Positions 13,300 to 32,409 of a DNA stretch of 64,000 bases are shown here, piece by piece. Under the pieces are notes generated by a model. That model saw only the letters and a list, made by a program, of their open reading frames with translations, was not told where the DNA came from and made no database searches. The stretch lies in assembly GCF_009914755.1 (NCBI RefSeq), contig NC_060930.1, one strand, 5' to 3'. This DNA is from the human T2T-CHM13v2.0 reference genome, Homo sapiens. Numbering within the stretch: the first letter of the stretch is position 1; each line of letters starts with the position of its first letter. The translations under genes and the position numbers were made by a program.

Positions 13300-13560
13300 A
13301 CAATATAGTTTAAAATTATATAAAATACACCTATCTTTCAACCCAGGAAGCCCATTCCTAGAATGTTTCCTATATAAATACATTGTACCAGTGTGTAAGG
13401 ATGAACACAGAGACAGAGAAACATGAATGTTTATTGTACTATTATTTTCAGTGACAAAAATGAAAACAAAGGGAATGTTCATCAATAGTGAAAGGTTGAG
13501 TAAATTGTGGTAGAAGCATCTATGAACCATCATACAGCCTTCAAAAGAATGAATTAGGTC
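13300..13560 (+). mobile_element. L1ME-type 3' fragment
   Basis: 'aatgttcatcaatagtgaaaggttgagtaaattgtggtag...aaaagaatgaa'. Confidence 0.65.
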
Positions 13561-14029
13561 GATTCCGGTGCAATTGCTATGGCTCTACTTCCTTTCACTT
13601 GTCTGCTGTTTCCACCAAAACACTGGAAATGCTTTTGTAATAGCAACCATTAATCTAGATGATGCCAAATTCATAGACACTTTTCTGACTCTATTAGAAC
13701 CATTTAACAAAGTTGCTTATTCCTTCATTCCTGAAGCACTACCTCTCAGCTTCCACTATACTACCTTTTCCTGAGTTTCCTCCTCCCTCGTAAGCTGCTT
13801 TCTCAATTTTTTCTTACAAGTTATATCTCCTTTGACCACTAAATACTGGCATTCCTCAGGGCTTAGTCCTGTATCCTCTTCCCAGGTGATCTCATTCATT
13901 TTCATGGCTTTAAGCAAATCTACATGCCAACGAATTTTAAGTATCTGTCTATAGACCAAATCTCTCCTCTAATTTCCACGTGTCTACATTCCACATATCT
14001 ACATTCAGTTGCCAACTTAAAATCCCCTA

Positions 14030-14744
<715 letters not shown>

Positions 14745-14875
14745 TCATTTTTCCTGCCTCAGTAAGTGGTGCCACCATCTATGCTGACTCTAAAACCAGA
14801 CACCAAAGTTCTCCCTCCTCCCTGTCTCTTGACCCCTCAGACATTAGCCAAATCATCTTGATTCTATACATTACA

Positions 14876-15334
14876 CAGATGATCCTTGTTTTACAATGAG
14901 TTAAGTTCCAATAAACCCATCATAAGTTGAAAATATTGTAAGCCAAAAATGTGTTTAATACACCTAACTTACCAAACATCATAGCTTAGCCTATCCTACC
15001 TTAAATGTGTTCAGAATACTTACATTAGCCTACAGTTGGGCAAAATCATCTAACACAAAGCCTGATCCATAAACAGTGTTGGATGCTCATATAATTTACT
15101 GAATAAAGTAAACTGCAGAGATTCGGCTGTTACCCTCGTGATCCCGTGCTGGCTGAGCTGCAGGGCTTGCTGCCACTGCCCAGCAGCATGAGAGAATATT
15201 ATATCACATATCACTAACCTGGGAAAAGATGAAAATTCAAAAGTCAAAGAGTTTCCACTAAACACATCCTGCTTTCACATCATTGTAACACCAAAACTTC
15301 CTAAGCTGAACCATTGTAAACTGGAGACTATCTG
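14876..15334. mobile_element. Tigger5b/MER47-family DNA transposon
   Basis: cagatgatcc...gactatctg termini; 'aacatcatagcttagcctatcctaccttaaa' MER47-type core. Confidence 0.85.
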
Positions 15335-16471
15335 TATTTTACTAGCCAGTCTCTTTTCTCCACCTCCATTGCCACCAGCATAATCCAATCAGTCATTAAC
15401 TGACCCCTCTGCTTCTGTTCTTGACCCACCTCCATTTATAATCTATTCTCCACAAAACAGTCATTGTGACTTTTTTTAGAATGTAAATCAGACTGTATCA
15501 CTCTGCTTAAAATCTTCCAAAGGCTTTCCATTTTTCCTGAATAAAATACAAATTAATACCATGGCATAAACGACCCAACTGGTCTCAAGTTTCCTATCTC
15601 TTCAGCACCATCTCATTTATACTGTTTTTCCCTAACTCACCTCACTATGGCCATAAAAACCTCCTGTTCCTGCTGGCTTCTAGAATAACCCAAGCTCTTT
15701 CCCATCCCAGAGCTAATGCACTTGACGCTCTCTCTGCATGAAATCCTCTTTCCTAGGCTCTTCTCACCTGTCTCCTTCACATCCTTCGGATCTCAGTTTA
15801 AAATAACACCTTCTCAAAGAGGCCTTTTCTGACCACACAATCTTAAGTAGGGCCTCACTGTTATTCCTGACCACAGCTTGCTGCTTACTTCCTTCAGAGC
15901 CCTTCTAATTCTTTATTTGCTATTCTTTTATTGGGTAGCTACTTCACTAGAATTAAGATCCATGTGGACTGGGATCTATTCTCAGCATGTAACACAGAGT
16001 GTGTCTCACAGAAGACTCTTACTAAATGATTACTCCAGGAAGAAATGAACAGAATGATCAAATTTCTCCTGTCTCAGCAATTCTTCAACCCCTCCACTCC
16101 CAGCTACCACCTATCTGCCTATTCTGTTTTCTCAAACTTTTTGAAACAATTGCCTATTCATGATTATTTTACTTCACACTCTTCAACCCTCTTCTCTCCA
16201 TACCATCCAACTGCTCTCCCTTCTGATGTAACATGTTTGTTGTTAAAGCAAATGGAAATGTCTTACTGACCTCTCCGTGACATTTAATCCTGTTCATCAC
16301 TCTTTCCTTCTCAAAAAGTTCTCTTGCCTTAAATGACAATTCACTCTTTTGATGTTCCTCTTACCTTTACCACTCCTTCTCAGTCTCATAAGCCCCCCTC
16401 TTCTCTTTTCCTGAAACGTTAGTGCTTCTAAGGATTCCATCCTAGACCTTCTCTCTATATATACACACTAA

Positions 16472-16832
<361 letters not shown>

Positions 16833-17689
16833 ATGTCTCCCAAATCTTTAGCCCAGATCCTGCTTCCATGCTTCAGACAATTTGCTCAAATATCTAGTTG
16901 ACAACTCTATTTAGATGTCTTTTTGCCACTACCAACTCAATATATTTAAAGTGACTTTATCACCTTCCTCTGTCAAATTTGCCTTTTCTTGTGTTCCCAT
17001 CTTAGTGAATGGTACCTCCATCCCTCCCATGACCCCAGGCTAAGAACCCAGTCTTTGTTACTTCATGTCCCTCAACCCCTCCCCCAAATAGACACATTTA
17101 TTTTTAACCAAGTTCAGTGTGTTCTACAAATGAAGTTATTTCTGGAATTTGTCCACTTCTCTTCATTCCCCCGCCACTGGCACTTCTTACCTAGACTTTT
17201 GCAAGTCTACAAATTCTCTTCATATTTCTCTCAAAGCCATTTTTCACAGAGCAGCAGGAGCGATTATATGAAAGCATAATAAATCTTATCACATCACCCC
17301 ACTACTTAAAACTCATCAATGGCTCCAAATGTCTACAGGATAAAATTCAAATTTCTTGGCCCAGCAGACAAAGCCCTGAATGATTTGGACTCTGCTTGCT
17401 TCTCCAGTCTCCCCTCTCACTGCTGCTTGCCTCCGCTTCTATGTTCCACCCACAAAAAACTACCAACTTCCCATGCTCTTTCTTCTTGCAGTCCATACAT
17501 GTTATTCCCCCAAATCCAAGACAGGCTTTTGCCTTACATTCTGTATTCATACCCTCCCCACCCCTCCATCAACCGTAACCTTCTAAGACTAAGCTAGGCA
17601 ATCCTCTTCTGTGCTCATAAACTATCCCAGAGCCCTACTTCAGAGAACTGTAATTTCCTATTAACTTGTCAGTAATCTTACCTACCCAC

Positions 17690-17795
17690 CTTAGAACCAG
17701 TGAGTCAGAATCTCCAGGACAGGGACTCTAGCATCTGTATTTTTTAAACACTTACTTGTATAGCTAATGCACAGCCAGCACTGAGGGACAACTGT
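17690..17795. mobile_element. MER5-like hAT fragment
   Basis: 'gagtcagaatctccagg...catctgtattttttaaacac...aatgcacagccagcactgag'. Confidence 0.65.
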
Positions 17796-18819
17796 TTTAC
17801 TTCCCTGAAGACAAGAAGTGTGATGTTTACTGTTGTAACCCAATACCCAGCATAGTGCTGACACATGGAGGTTACTCAATAGGGGGAAGGGGGAAATGAT
17901 TATACATTTAAAATAATCCTCAAGAACAGGTTTGGATGTTCTTCTGCACAAGGGTAAAAGGACATATTACCAGGAGTGCAATTTTTAAGAATGAAATTTC
18001 TATTTTACTTTCAGTGTTAAGTTTTTCTTTGCTACTGCTAAACAATGTTCTCTTTGCATCAACTATAAGTAAAGAATGGCAGCTAAGATATGTTAGTCCT
18101 AAAAAGTTCAGTACAAATCAGCTGTCACATCTATAATTCTGCATATTTTGCCTTCTTGACCTTATAAATACTGGCTGGAAAGGCACAGGTCACAGAAAAA
18201 CATCAGCTATTTGAGCATCTGTACTTTCTCAAAACGCAGTGAGAACTCCTGAAATAAAGCACTGAAGTGGGTTAAAATGGTTCTGAACCTTTTAGAGACA
18301 AAAATAACTACACAATACTTTAGTAGCAAGCATGTATAAAATATAAAAAAAAGGCATAGAATTAACACTTCCGAAAAGAAAAATCTAATAAAACTGAACT
18401 CAGGGAAGAGGCACTGCACAAAACAGGGAAGAAACATCTTTATATTTCCCTCATTGCCCTGAACACAGCAGCCTCAGTATATATTTGTTGAATGAATGCT
18501 TGATAAATGATAAATAAACACAGTTCTGAAGGGATTACTCATATTTTCCTATCCTGATCAAAGAGCTGGCTACCCCCAGCTTCATGTTTCATCAAAAAAA
18601 TATTTATCAAGTGTCTAAAGCTACCTGGTAATGTGCTAGTACACAGCATACCAAAAGAACCACAAGAGCTGGCTTTTGCATTTCAAAGATTACTATGCAA
18701 ATCCTACAGTTGGCTTTGTCTCCCAGCACTAGCACCACCAAAAAACACACAAACTCCACAGTCTAGCCACATTCCCTAAACACGCCATGTTCTTTCATGA
18801 TGCCATCAGTTTTCACATA

Positions 18820-20341
<1,522 letters not shown>

Positions 20342-20660
20342 GTAAATACCTCTGATGTAGCTTGAATCATATCTAAATTATGATGATTAACTTCATATTC
20401 ATTAGGCGCAATTCAAAGAATGAGGGGAAACCATATATTTGGGTCATTTTTCTCACAGATATGGAAAAGTTTCACATGGAAAGGCAAAAGGTAAAGATTT
20501 GCTTGCATAGATGACAGGAAGGGCGTTTCAAACATAAGGCGCAGTTCTGGGAAGGACTTAACCTTAGATGTGTACATGTAGAGGAAAGGGAAATGAAATG
20601 GTCTAGGACCCTCTTGAAAGCTCAGAGTAGGAATTTTGAGTTTCATCCACAGAGCAATGA

Positions 20661-20972
<312 letters not shown>

Positions 20973-21873
20973 ACTACTATGTTTTAAAAAAGGAAAGGGA
21001 TACTACAGTTTGCATCACTCATTTGATCAGATAATTCCTGTGGAACATGTACATACCAAACCCCATATGGTGACTATTAATTAGGTGTCAACATTTAGAT
21101 GACCCATGTAAAATTCACTCTTCCAGTAAACTGTGAGCTATTTAAGAATAAGGATGTGGGCTCATTCACCACTGTATCATCTCCAGTGCTAAGGAAAGGG
21201 TGGGAGCTTGCTGACCGAGCTGAACTGAATTCTTCCACACCTTTAAGTAATATGCCCTGCAAAATCACTACCAGCTTCCACAATAAGGAGGACTGTGTTG
21301 CTGTGAGGTAAACCATTTTGCCCACCCTTTCAGACACACAAAAACAAACACACAAATAATTCTTTTAGAGGCAGCCATCACTAGTTTAATAAATTTCACT
21401 AACTCTCTTCATTACCTTTAAGAAGTGAGTTTTTAACTCTGAAGGGGCAGATTTTTAATAAATCCATATTATTACAAACCATTCTTTATATAAATACGTT
21501 TAGCTATTATATTGATAGAATTTTGTAGTTGAGATCTAAGTATTTCCATATAGCTTAATGCTAAAGTTTAACATTATGGTATATGTAATGTAAAAATGAG
21601 GTGTTAAGATGATGTATAGCCTGAAAATACCAAAGTTAACAAAAGTATAATAAGAAGCTAGTAAAAAAGCTATGCTAACAAGTACAGAGGTTCTTAAATG
21701 GGTTGGACCATACACTCCTAGTATAAATTCCAAGGAGTTCTTAGTGCCCGACCTTTACCCCAATGCCTAACCATAGAATCCATTAGTGTCCAGGCAATCC
21801 TAAGGTTTACTTGGCTTACAGAATTTTTCTTATAAGGTTCATTTAACAAAAGCACATTTGAAGAAGTGCTCCT

Positions 21874-22261
<388 letters not shown>

Positions 22262-22335
22262 TCAAATTAGGTCTACTACTCATAAAAATGAACCCAAGCA
22301 ATGATTCTGCTTTGGAGAAAAAGATTAATATGAAG

Positions 22336-22358
22336 ACACACACACACACATACACACA
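22336..22358. repeat. (CA)n microsatellite
   Basis: Imperfect (CA)n run of about 11 units, seen directly. Confidence 0.9.
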
Positions 22359-25300
22359 TCATTTATAGCTATTTTCACAGTCTATTATTAATCGTAAAAC
22401 TACCAGCAGAGGTGGGGTAGACAAGCAAAAGTACCAATGCCATGACTAGACATATTCAAGTGGTGGCTTTTTTGGGGAATCAGGTGAGAGGAAGGCTGTC
22501 TGTGCGTACCAGTGCAGTGTTCACTTAGATGATATTTTTATTTTTGTAGCCTTACTAACATATTCCAGGTTCAAAAATGCAGGATATGAGTCTTGACTGT
22601 AGAAACAAATTGCCAGCTGTCACATAAAGGACAACCTCATTTAGTAGAAGGCAAATGCTAGCACAGAACAAAAGTAAATAAAGATGGCTACATATGCTCT
22701 AGCTTTCAAACCAGAAAGTGACAGTGATGAGAGAAGCAGAAGAGGGAAAGGATTAAACATGAAGAAGAAGAGCTGCTACCAATAGCAGACTATCTGACTA
22801 TTCAACCAGTCTTCTGGTGCAGTAAGAATGCCAATTAAAATGGCTGGTATAAGGATGTGATCCAGAGATCTGATGGTTAAAGAAACCATGGGGGTACAAC
22901 CAACACACTCCTGTTATTGTATAACTAAACTCAGATGTTATGTGTAAAAGTGCTTTATAAACTACAATGCTCTACAGAAAGACATCGTACTGCTATTATT
23001 CCTAATATGTGTCTATTCTTCTTTTAATTGTAAACTTATTTTTTAAAGTCCCAATTCTTTGTCCATTTTTTCATTTCTAATAAAGAGCTGTAATTGTCAA
23101 TACCACTGTTATTTTACCTTTATTTTTTCAAGAACCTTCAGATAATATATGCTGCTCAAATTGAGTATCTTATAGGAATAAAGCATGAATGAAATATGTA
23201 ATTTATATGAGAATGAAACATGAACAAAGTCCACCCCTTTCATGTCTTACAAACATGTCCATAAAATGTCACTCATACCTATTAAAATTCTCATATGTCC
23301 TGGGAGTTCCCATATCTTCACAGAACCAACCACTCATTAAAGGTTAGGGCAGGAAGGGGAAAATAAATAGCTGCCCTTTCCTGACAAAGAAGGAGGGCTT
23401 GGTGATGTGCTTTCAGTGGGTAGAATAAAATAAAAAGGTTTTAAAAGGGTCAAAGGAAGAGCTTGAAGAGAACCTTAAATGTCTGACTTCACCATCCACC
23501 TTAAAAGGACTACTTCATCCAACTAAAAACTAAAATGGACCACCACTAGCTATTAGAGAACCATCTAACAAAGAAAGAATTTTTACAAGTGACCTCTGGT
23601 TACCCTTCAACACTGCAGACCTTCGAAACAGACTGGCACCAGAGCAAATGTAGCCAAGAAGAACCTAACATTTATATTTTATGATTTTATTTCAATTTTT
23701 CATATAATTTTTAGTAGACCTACTTATGTGGATATAATTTAATTCTAAAGTATTTGGGAAATACATTTAGTCCAGTTGTGCCTGGAAAAAAAAAAGGTAA
23801 TTTTCCAGTTTTACAGATGCTTCCAGAATTCTGTCTGAAGATGGATTAATCTACAGTTACTCAGCTGCAGAATATTACTTCTATTCCACAGACTTTCTAT
23901 ATGAACTGTTAAATCCATTAGATCGATAGCAATTCCTCCCACCTACTCTTAAAGAGCGGATTTAATGAGAACATGATTTTCTTATTCAAGGCTTTCTTTC
24001 TTAAGAGAACAGTCAACATTTCCTCTTACATCATGACAACTTCATACAAACAGAGCCTGGGGCAGGGCAATGAGGCAAAATGCTGGGTGGTAAATAAGCG
24101 AATTTGCTTAAAAGATATCACTATGGAATTTGAGCTTAAAACTGGCCTGGACTTTAAAAGCCAGTAAACTAACACTATTTTCTTTCTCAAAAACTCCTCA
24201 AATCACACAGGAACTAATGGCATCATGACATTGAACAAAGAAGTGTTATTTTCTTACTACTAAGCATAGAACTATCCAGCATTAAATAATTTATTTCAAT
24301 ATCCTCTCTCCATACTCCTCTCCTACAACTAAAAGATAATAGGGGAAGAGATTTACTCTTTTATTCTTTCTGGGCCTGCATATTAAGAGAGACAACAGAG
24401 ATATTATGTCTATTATTCTTGGTTTAGACAAAATAAGCAATGGGAGGCCTCGAGACATAGTCACTAGCTACTAAGCTCTCTCTCTTCTTAGCCTTTACAC
24501 ATGAAAAGCACAGAATAAATCATAAAGTACTACTTGACGCACCAAAAATTAAAAATGGAGACAGAGGGTGGATCAATGTGCACTGTCTCACAAACACAGT
24601 TTCAAAGATAATTGGTAATGTTCTCTTTTTCCAAAGAAGTGAGGGTTAAATATAGTCACTCTGTACAGAGACTGATGATCTTCAGGATGTGTAAATTATA
24701 CATTGTAGTTACATAACAGACTAAATCACAGTCATCAACAAAAGAAAATTCGGCACAATTCTTGAATTTTTATTATTCTAGCTCATAAGTAGAGCCTCAA
24801 AAAGGAGAAAATATCTCACCTTAATCAGCCCTACAAGTAGCCTCACCTCAGGGCAGGAAACAAGTAACCAAGGTAAATGAAAGAGGAAAGTGATCACCTT
24901 CACTGGACTAGAAAATAGGAGGGAGAGTACTTTGTATTTTCAAGATTATGTTACATGAAATAAATAAGTCAGCCATTCCATGAATTTAAAAAAAAAAAGA
25001 AGGGTTCAACTAACCAGATACATGTAGAACTATGTGTTTAAACACCTATAGAGCTACTGTGACTTTATGTCCCTAGGTTAAGGCCAGGCATGAAAACCAG
25101 GTGAAAGAACACAGATTCCTTCAGAACACTTTCAAAAATCTGGATGGCACAAACTACAGACCGGCAAAGAATTTCCATGCCTCCAATGCAGCTTGAAGGG
25201 CTACCTGGTCGCAGACTCTGTCATGCCTGCACTGCCCAGTGTAGGCAATTCAGAACGGGTCAAGAGCATTCAGTAGGTGACATGCTAGGAAGGTCCAAAT

Positions 25301-26069
25301 GCTCTGCCTCAACTCCCATGATGACACTGAAGCAGGAAATCTCAGGCTTATTAGATGCACCCAATTAACATTCATCTCTGACTAGTTCATCCTTTTATCT
25401 CCCACATGAAAACAGCTACTATTACTGTGTAGTATCTATTAAGCAGTCACAGTGATCTGAGTAAAGTATATTAATGGAAAAAATAAAGAGATATTTAATA
25501 AAAAGAAAATGGAAGACACATATGAGGAATGCAAAGACCAGACCAATCAAGAATACATTATTTCCTTCATTCCATCAGATTGTGCCTCTTCTGCCACCAA
25601 CTCAACACAATTTGCTCACTGCACTCTGAATAAAAAGTGAAAATTGTTCTCTTTAAAATGAAGTTGGCATTGTAAGAACTTACAGAATTCAAAGCTAATA
25701 TTCAGAGGTTTTCCAAGTGTCCAGAGCTCCAAAGAGCCCATCAATCCTGATAAACTTGGAGAGACTAGACAATCTAAGGGTACTCAGGGCCACTCCACTC
25801 TACCTCAGTCATATTTCAGAATGACTACAAAGGAGTCAATGTTGACCTAGATCCACAGCAACCAAGATGATCTGTGAGCTCTGGAACACTGCCAACACTT
25901 CCTAAAGAGATTTCCAGATCTGAGAAAGTAAACCAGTTCATAAGGTTAAACTTTAGAGCTTTGGATAACAAAAGCAGTATCTGGCTTACTTTGAAACTAG
26001 TATGTTTCTGAGTAATCAAATACCAAAGTAATGCTACAGCAAAAAAAGTTTGACTTCAACCTTCTTGGG

Positions 26070-26650
26070 TGTATTGGGACACAAACCTTGTGTATCTTGT
26101 CAGCTACGTGCAGCCAACTCCTTCTCTGCCTCCCCCACCCGCTGCCTGGCCACCTTCCCCTCTCCTTCTCTTAGTTGGTGCCCCATCCAAGTCACTTTTG
26201 GACTTGTATGAAAAACCACAGTGTAGTACATGGGATCTAGCATCCTGAGTAGCCACAGAGAGCCAGAATGACATAGCCTGGTCATACAGAGGAATTAGCT
26301 TCCTGTGGAGTAAACTCCTATTAACTAGGAACAGGAGACAGGAAGAAATATCAGGCAGATAAATTCTCCCCCTTCTTTCTCTTTTCCAAGGACTACTCTT
26401 AGTTCCTCCTTGCAACCCTTTCAGAAAAAAGCTGCATGCTTCCTGAGTCACCTTCCATGTCTCTTCTTAGTTTGTTGTAAAGCAAAAGCTAGCTGGCTCT
26501 ATAACACATCGAATCCATTTCTTTGCACCTTCCCTTCTTCCTTTTGCCCTTACCCTTATAGACTTGGACCTGCAACCCTCCAAGAAAGCATTACCACCTT
26601 AATCCTCACCTCAGGCTCTGTTTTCCAGAGAACCCAAGGCTTAGCCACTA
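26070..26650. mobile_element. Old ERVL-type solo LTR (LTR16/LTR33-like)
   Basis: End motif 'ctcaggctctgttttccagagaacccaag'; subfamily uncertain. Confidence 0.45.
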
Positions 26651-26989
26651 GGCTTATAGGAATTAATTCCAGATGAAATTAAGAAGAAATCATTAAAACG
26701 CACATTTTCAAAATACACTGAGTCAAAGAATGACAAATATTAAAAAGTAGAAAAATATTAAACACCTAAAAACCTAAAAGACCAGGGCCAATACAGTAGC
26801 AAATGTCACTAACTGAGAAACCATTCAGGCAGCAACAATAATTACATATAGAATTTCTTTAATGTGCCCCCCACCCCCGAACCAACTTCAGAGGACAAGA
26901 TCAGGCATTTTCATTAAGGAATAATGCTGTGTAACAGATGTTGTTGCCTATAGAATTTTCTTACTAATTGTATCAGTCCTAATTGTATA

Positions 26990-27470
26990 GTATTCTCTCC
27001 TCCCAACGTGAAAAGAGGAGGAATGCCCTTTACAGGCATAGATCTTGAATAGTAATCACCATGGTTCCATTATCTTCACCAATGACTGATATGCGAGTGA
27101 TAATTTCAACTGGTTCTCGCCAATTGTGTATGGAGATCTCTAGGGAGATTCTGGGAAAGGTTTCTTAGCTCTTTCGAGCAATAAAGGGAAGAGATGCTTT
27201 GCATTTGGACCTTATGCCTGGACCTGTAACAGTCATACTGTGATCATGAAAGGATCCAGTTTGAGCACAAAGCTTATATAATGATGGCAGAGTCTAAAAA
27301 ACAGAAAAGCCCAGATCCTTGACAATATCATTAAGCCACCAAATTAACCAACCCTGAGCTGACCAATCTCTGTGCTTCTATATAAGGACATGTATAATAC
27401 TTCCTTACTATTTAAGGCTCTTTGAGTCACAGTTTCCTCTTATTTGTAGCTATAAGCACCTTTACTAACT
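26990..27470 (+). mobile_element. MLT1-type MaLR LTR
   Basis: 'tctgggaaaggtttctt...ccttgacaatatcattaagccacc...tatttaaggc'. Confidence 0.65.
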
Positions 27471-27779
27471 GCATAAAGCATCTGGCTGGTTGGAGAGGCA
27501 TGTGAATGGCTACTATAAGGTGCCATTATACAAGGGATAAGGTTAGATTTGAAAAGAACTGGTCTTCACTCTCAAGAGCTTATAATCTATTTTTTATAAG
27601 ACATATAAAACAATTGGGAAAAAAGTGATATACCAATTAAAGAAAAAATAAAGGAGCACAGGTACCCAGAGTAAAGAAATCATCAGTGAAGGACATCAGA
27701 GGCAGTTTTCTAAAAGAGATAAAACCAATACATATGCTTTTTGTGCAGCACTAAATTCAATTAGTGTAATTCAACTTCC

Positions 27780-28590
27780 AGGAAGCTTTCTGCTGCAGAT
27801 ATGTATAGTTCTATCACTTGAGCACAGCATCCTCTTGCATGTGGGAAATGTGACTTCCTTTACTCTGAGCTCAGGGATGGGCACCAGACCCAAGGTGAAC
27901 TAGCCAGAGCCATTTTCTTAGATTTTTTAAAACTTGGGATCATAAGGGCTCATAAGGATTTGGGTTACACTGTTGTATGGACTTGTCCTAAGACTTGTGC
28001 ATTTCTTTGTAAATTTTGTATCAAAAGAAAAAGATAAATAAGTATTGAATTCTATAATACCTATGCTGAAGTATTTAGGAGAAAGTATACTGATAGCTGC
28101 AATTTATTTTGAAGTGAATTTTTTAAAGATGCAGTGACAGATGAAGACAGGCTGATAGATATGTGACACAGCAAGCAGAGTAACATACTTGTATTTATAT
28201 ATCCTTGTACTGTAAAGTATACTAAACTGTCACTTTAAAATCCTTTCAACCTTGCTTTTTCATTTGAAAAACTTCATTAATAAAATTTGGGTGTGGGAGG
28301 AACTCAAGCTGCAGTCCCACTCTGCTGGCAGTGCTGTGAGCAATAGCTCAGGAGCTCTCTCTGGTCATGTTTTCCAGGGTTTCAGTAAACAAGCATGCAG
28401 AAAGAATCAGGAATAAGGAGTGAAAGAGTTTTGAGTTGTCTGAGTTGTCTCCAGCTCCAGCTACCCTTGAGGCCTAGCTGCATCCCTGCCATTTCAGCTG
28501 TTACATAAGCCAAGAACTTCTGGTTTGCACCTAAGCTAGATCAAGGTGAGTTCCTACTGCTTACAACCAGAGTCTTGACTAACATACTAG
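27780..28590 (+). mobile_element. MLT1-type LTR interrupted by an L1ME fragment (about 27960-28290)
   Basis: MLT-like ends ('ttcctactgcttacaaccagagtcttgactaaca') and an L1M 3' motif 'ctgcaatttattttgaa'. Confidence 0.5.
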
Positions 28591-28872
28591 CCTAAGGCAA
28601 TAATAAGCATTGCAGACAAAGAAAGATAACCACTGTAGCATCACTTATAAGAACAAAATACATAAATTACCTAATCATTCAGTAAAAGAAAAATAGTGAC
28701 AATTTTATGGTGTTTTAAAATATTAAATGAAAATCTCACAAAACTATATGTATAAAACTATATACACACACATGCATATGCATACACACATACATATACA
28801 TTATGATCCAATTTTGTAAAAAGAAAAAAACTGACAGAAAAAAAAAATCACATGAAAATACACAAAATTGTC

Positions 28873-29184
28873 GGCCAGGCACAGTGGCTCACACCTGTAA
28901 TCCCAGCACTTTGGGAGGCTGAGGTGGGTAGATAACCTGAGGTCAGGAATTCCAGACCAGCCTGGCCAACATGGCAAAACCCCATTTCTACTAAAAATAA
29001 AATGAAATAAAATTAGCTGGGTGTGGTGACACGCATCTGTCGTCCCAGCTACTCAGGAGGCTGAGGCAGGATAATCACTTGAACCCGAGAGGCAGAGGTT
29101 GCAGTGAGCCGAGATCACACCACTGCACTCCATCCTGGGAGACAGAGCAAGACTCCATCTCAAAACAAAAAAACAAACAAACAA
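28873..29184 (+). mobile_element. Alu (AluS) inside an L1ME fragment
   Basis: 18-bp TSD aaaatacacaaaattgtc. Confidence 0.95.
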
Positions 29185-29351
29185 AAAATACACAAAATTG
29201 TCAACTTTGGTTATCTCTGGGTTTAGGATGATTTTGTTAAAATTTATACTTTACTTACTAAGTTTTCTTCAATAACCATATATTACTTGTAGAATAACCA
29301 AAAAGGAAGTTAGTTTTAAAAAATTAATTTACTGCCATTAAATATTTAAAA

Positions 29352-29721
<370 letters not shown>

Positions 29722-29779
29722 TCATATGTGTCTTAAATCTGCCATTCATTTCCCAGGGCCAGGGACACAGGAGCCCAAC

Positions 29780-30075
29780 AGTTAAGATCGTGACCTTACA
29801 CACACTGTGTACCCACAAAAACTGAAAATAATTAAAAAAAAAAAAAGATATGACCTGTAAAGTCACACCACCTCAGTTCAAATCGCCACTCTGCCCTTTA
29901 TTGAATGTATGGTTTAGGGAAAATCAGTTAATCTTTTTTACCTTAATTTCTCCATCTACAAAATGTGGAAATAGTACCTTACTATTACAAGTTTAAGAAA
30001 TAAATGAAATAATATATATAAACATTTAAAACAGTGCTTGAAGCACAGGAGATGTTAACCATCATTGTTACCATT
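29780..30075 (+). mobile_element. MIR containing a ~50-bp L1 3' tail insertion (29797-29844)
   Basis: MIR core 'tttctccatctacaaaatg'; insert flanked by aagatcgtgacct/aagatatgacct. Confidence 0.7.
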
Positions 30076-30102
30076 CTTATTAGCAGCTTTTCTACTTTAA
30101 TA

Positions 30103-30745
<643 letters not shown>

Positions 30746-31601
30746 TAGGCACAAGACAACATCCCACTGCCCGAGTGTGGGCCTCCTCCTTTCTGAAGCT
30801 AAGCTCGCAGGCTCCGTCTTATCCTTCCCATCTGCTCCAGCTCCTTGCCAGTTCATTCCATCTCCCTCTCCCTAATCTTTCAAATGCTTAGAACAGTGCC
30901 TGCTAAGGCTTTGTTCTCTACTGGCTTTTCTCTCTCTGGCTGAAAATGTACACATATGCCATTTTTTGAGAAAAAACAAAAAAACAAAAAACCAACAATT
31001 TGAACCTACTAGAGCTATTCTATATTTCTTCTTCCTTTCACATTTATACTTCTCAAATTAAAGTCCCTATACTCTACTGAAACTTCACTTAATAAGATTA
31101 CTAATGGCCTTCTTATTGCCAGATTCAATAACTATTTTAGGCTCATTCTGTTTGTTCTGCAGCCTCTGACATCACTGACTATGTGCTCTGTTTGCAAATG
31201 CTTCTTTGACGTCCGTCTGGGTCTTCTCCCAGTTCTTTGGCTGCTTTGCCACATTCTTTCAAACCAGATGTTCTTCAACAAATAAGCCCAGCTCTTCCCA
31301 TTGCCTCTCTTGGAGATCTTGATGCTTCCCATGGCTTCAAATATTAGCTCTAAGGAGGTGACCATATATCTAACTCCAGTTCTGACTTCTCAGTATCAGT
31401 CCTTCTTCTTGAGTTTCAGCCATCCATTTCCAACTACCAGTCAGGGATTTCCAATTGGCCTTTCAATCTAACGATGTCTGAAAAGTCTGATATTCCACCC
31501 ACAGACAGCTCCCTATTCTAGTTTTCCCTCTGTAGTGAAAGATACCAAGTGTGGGGAGACTGCATACTAGGCAGGAGAAATCTGCTCAAAAAAAGAGTCA
31601 G

Positions 31602-31894
<293 letters not shown>

Positions 31895-32409
31895 TAGAGG
31901 CAGGCAAAATCCTTTGAATTTTCCATGATGACACCTCTTGCAGACACCTCTTCTTCTCCATTTTTACTGTACTACCCCAGTCTAGCCCTGTGCTATAACA
32001 TCCTAACTGGTCACCCTGCCACCACTCACCAACCGTCTCCACCAATCTAGCAATCTATTTTATATTAAAATTAAAATATTGCTTGTACTATAACACTTAC
32101 AAAGATCAAATCCAAACTCCAGACAGTTTGGACTTTCAGAAGTTTGGAAGTCTCTGAGAGTTGGGCCAAAGCCTACTACCCTTGTGCCCTGCCTTCAAAC
32201 CCTCCTGTTTCAGAGAGCTCTGTCCCAACCAAACCAATCCACTCAGTGCCCTCTACACACCTTGTAGTCTCCCTGTCTTGCATGAACAGGTCTCTCCCCT
32301 CCTCTAAGATTATCCAAATGCTATCTGCCCTTCAAATATCTGCTTAATCCCACCATAAGTTCTTCCAACAACATTTTAGCCTACAGTATTTTTTTCATTA
32401 TCATTAGCA

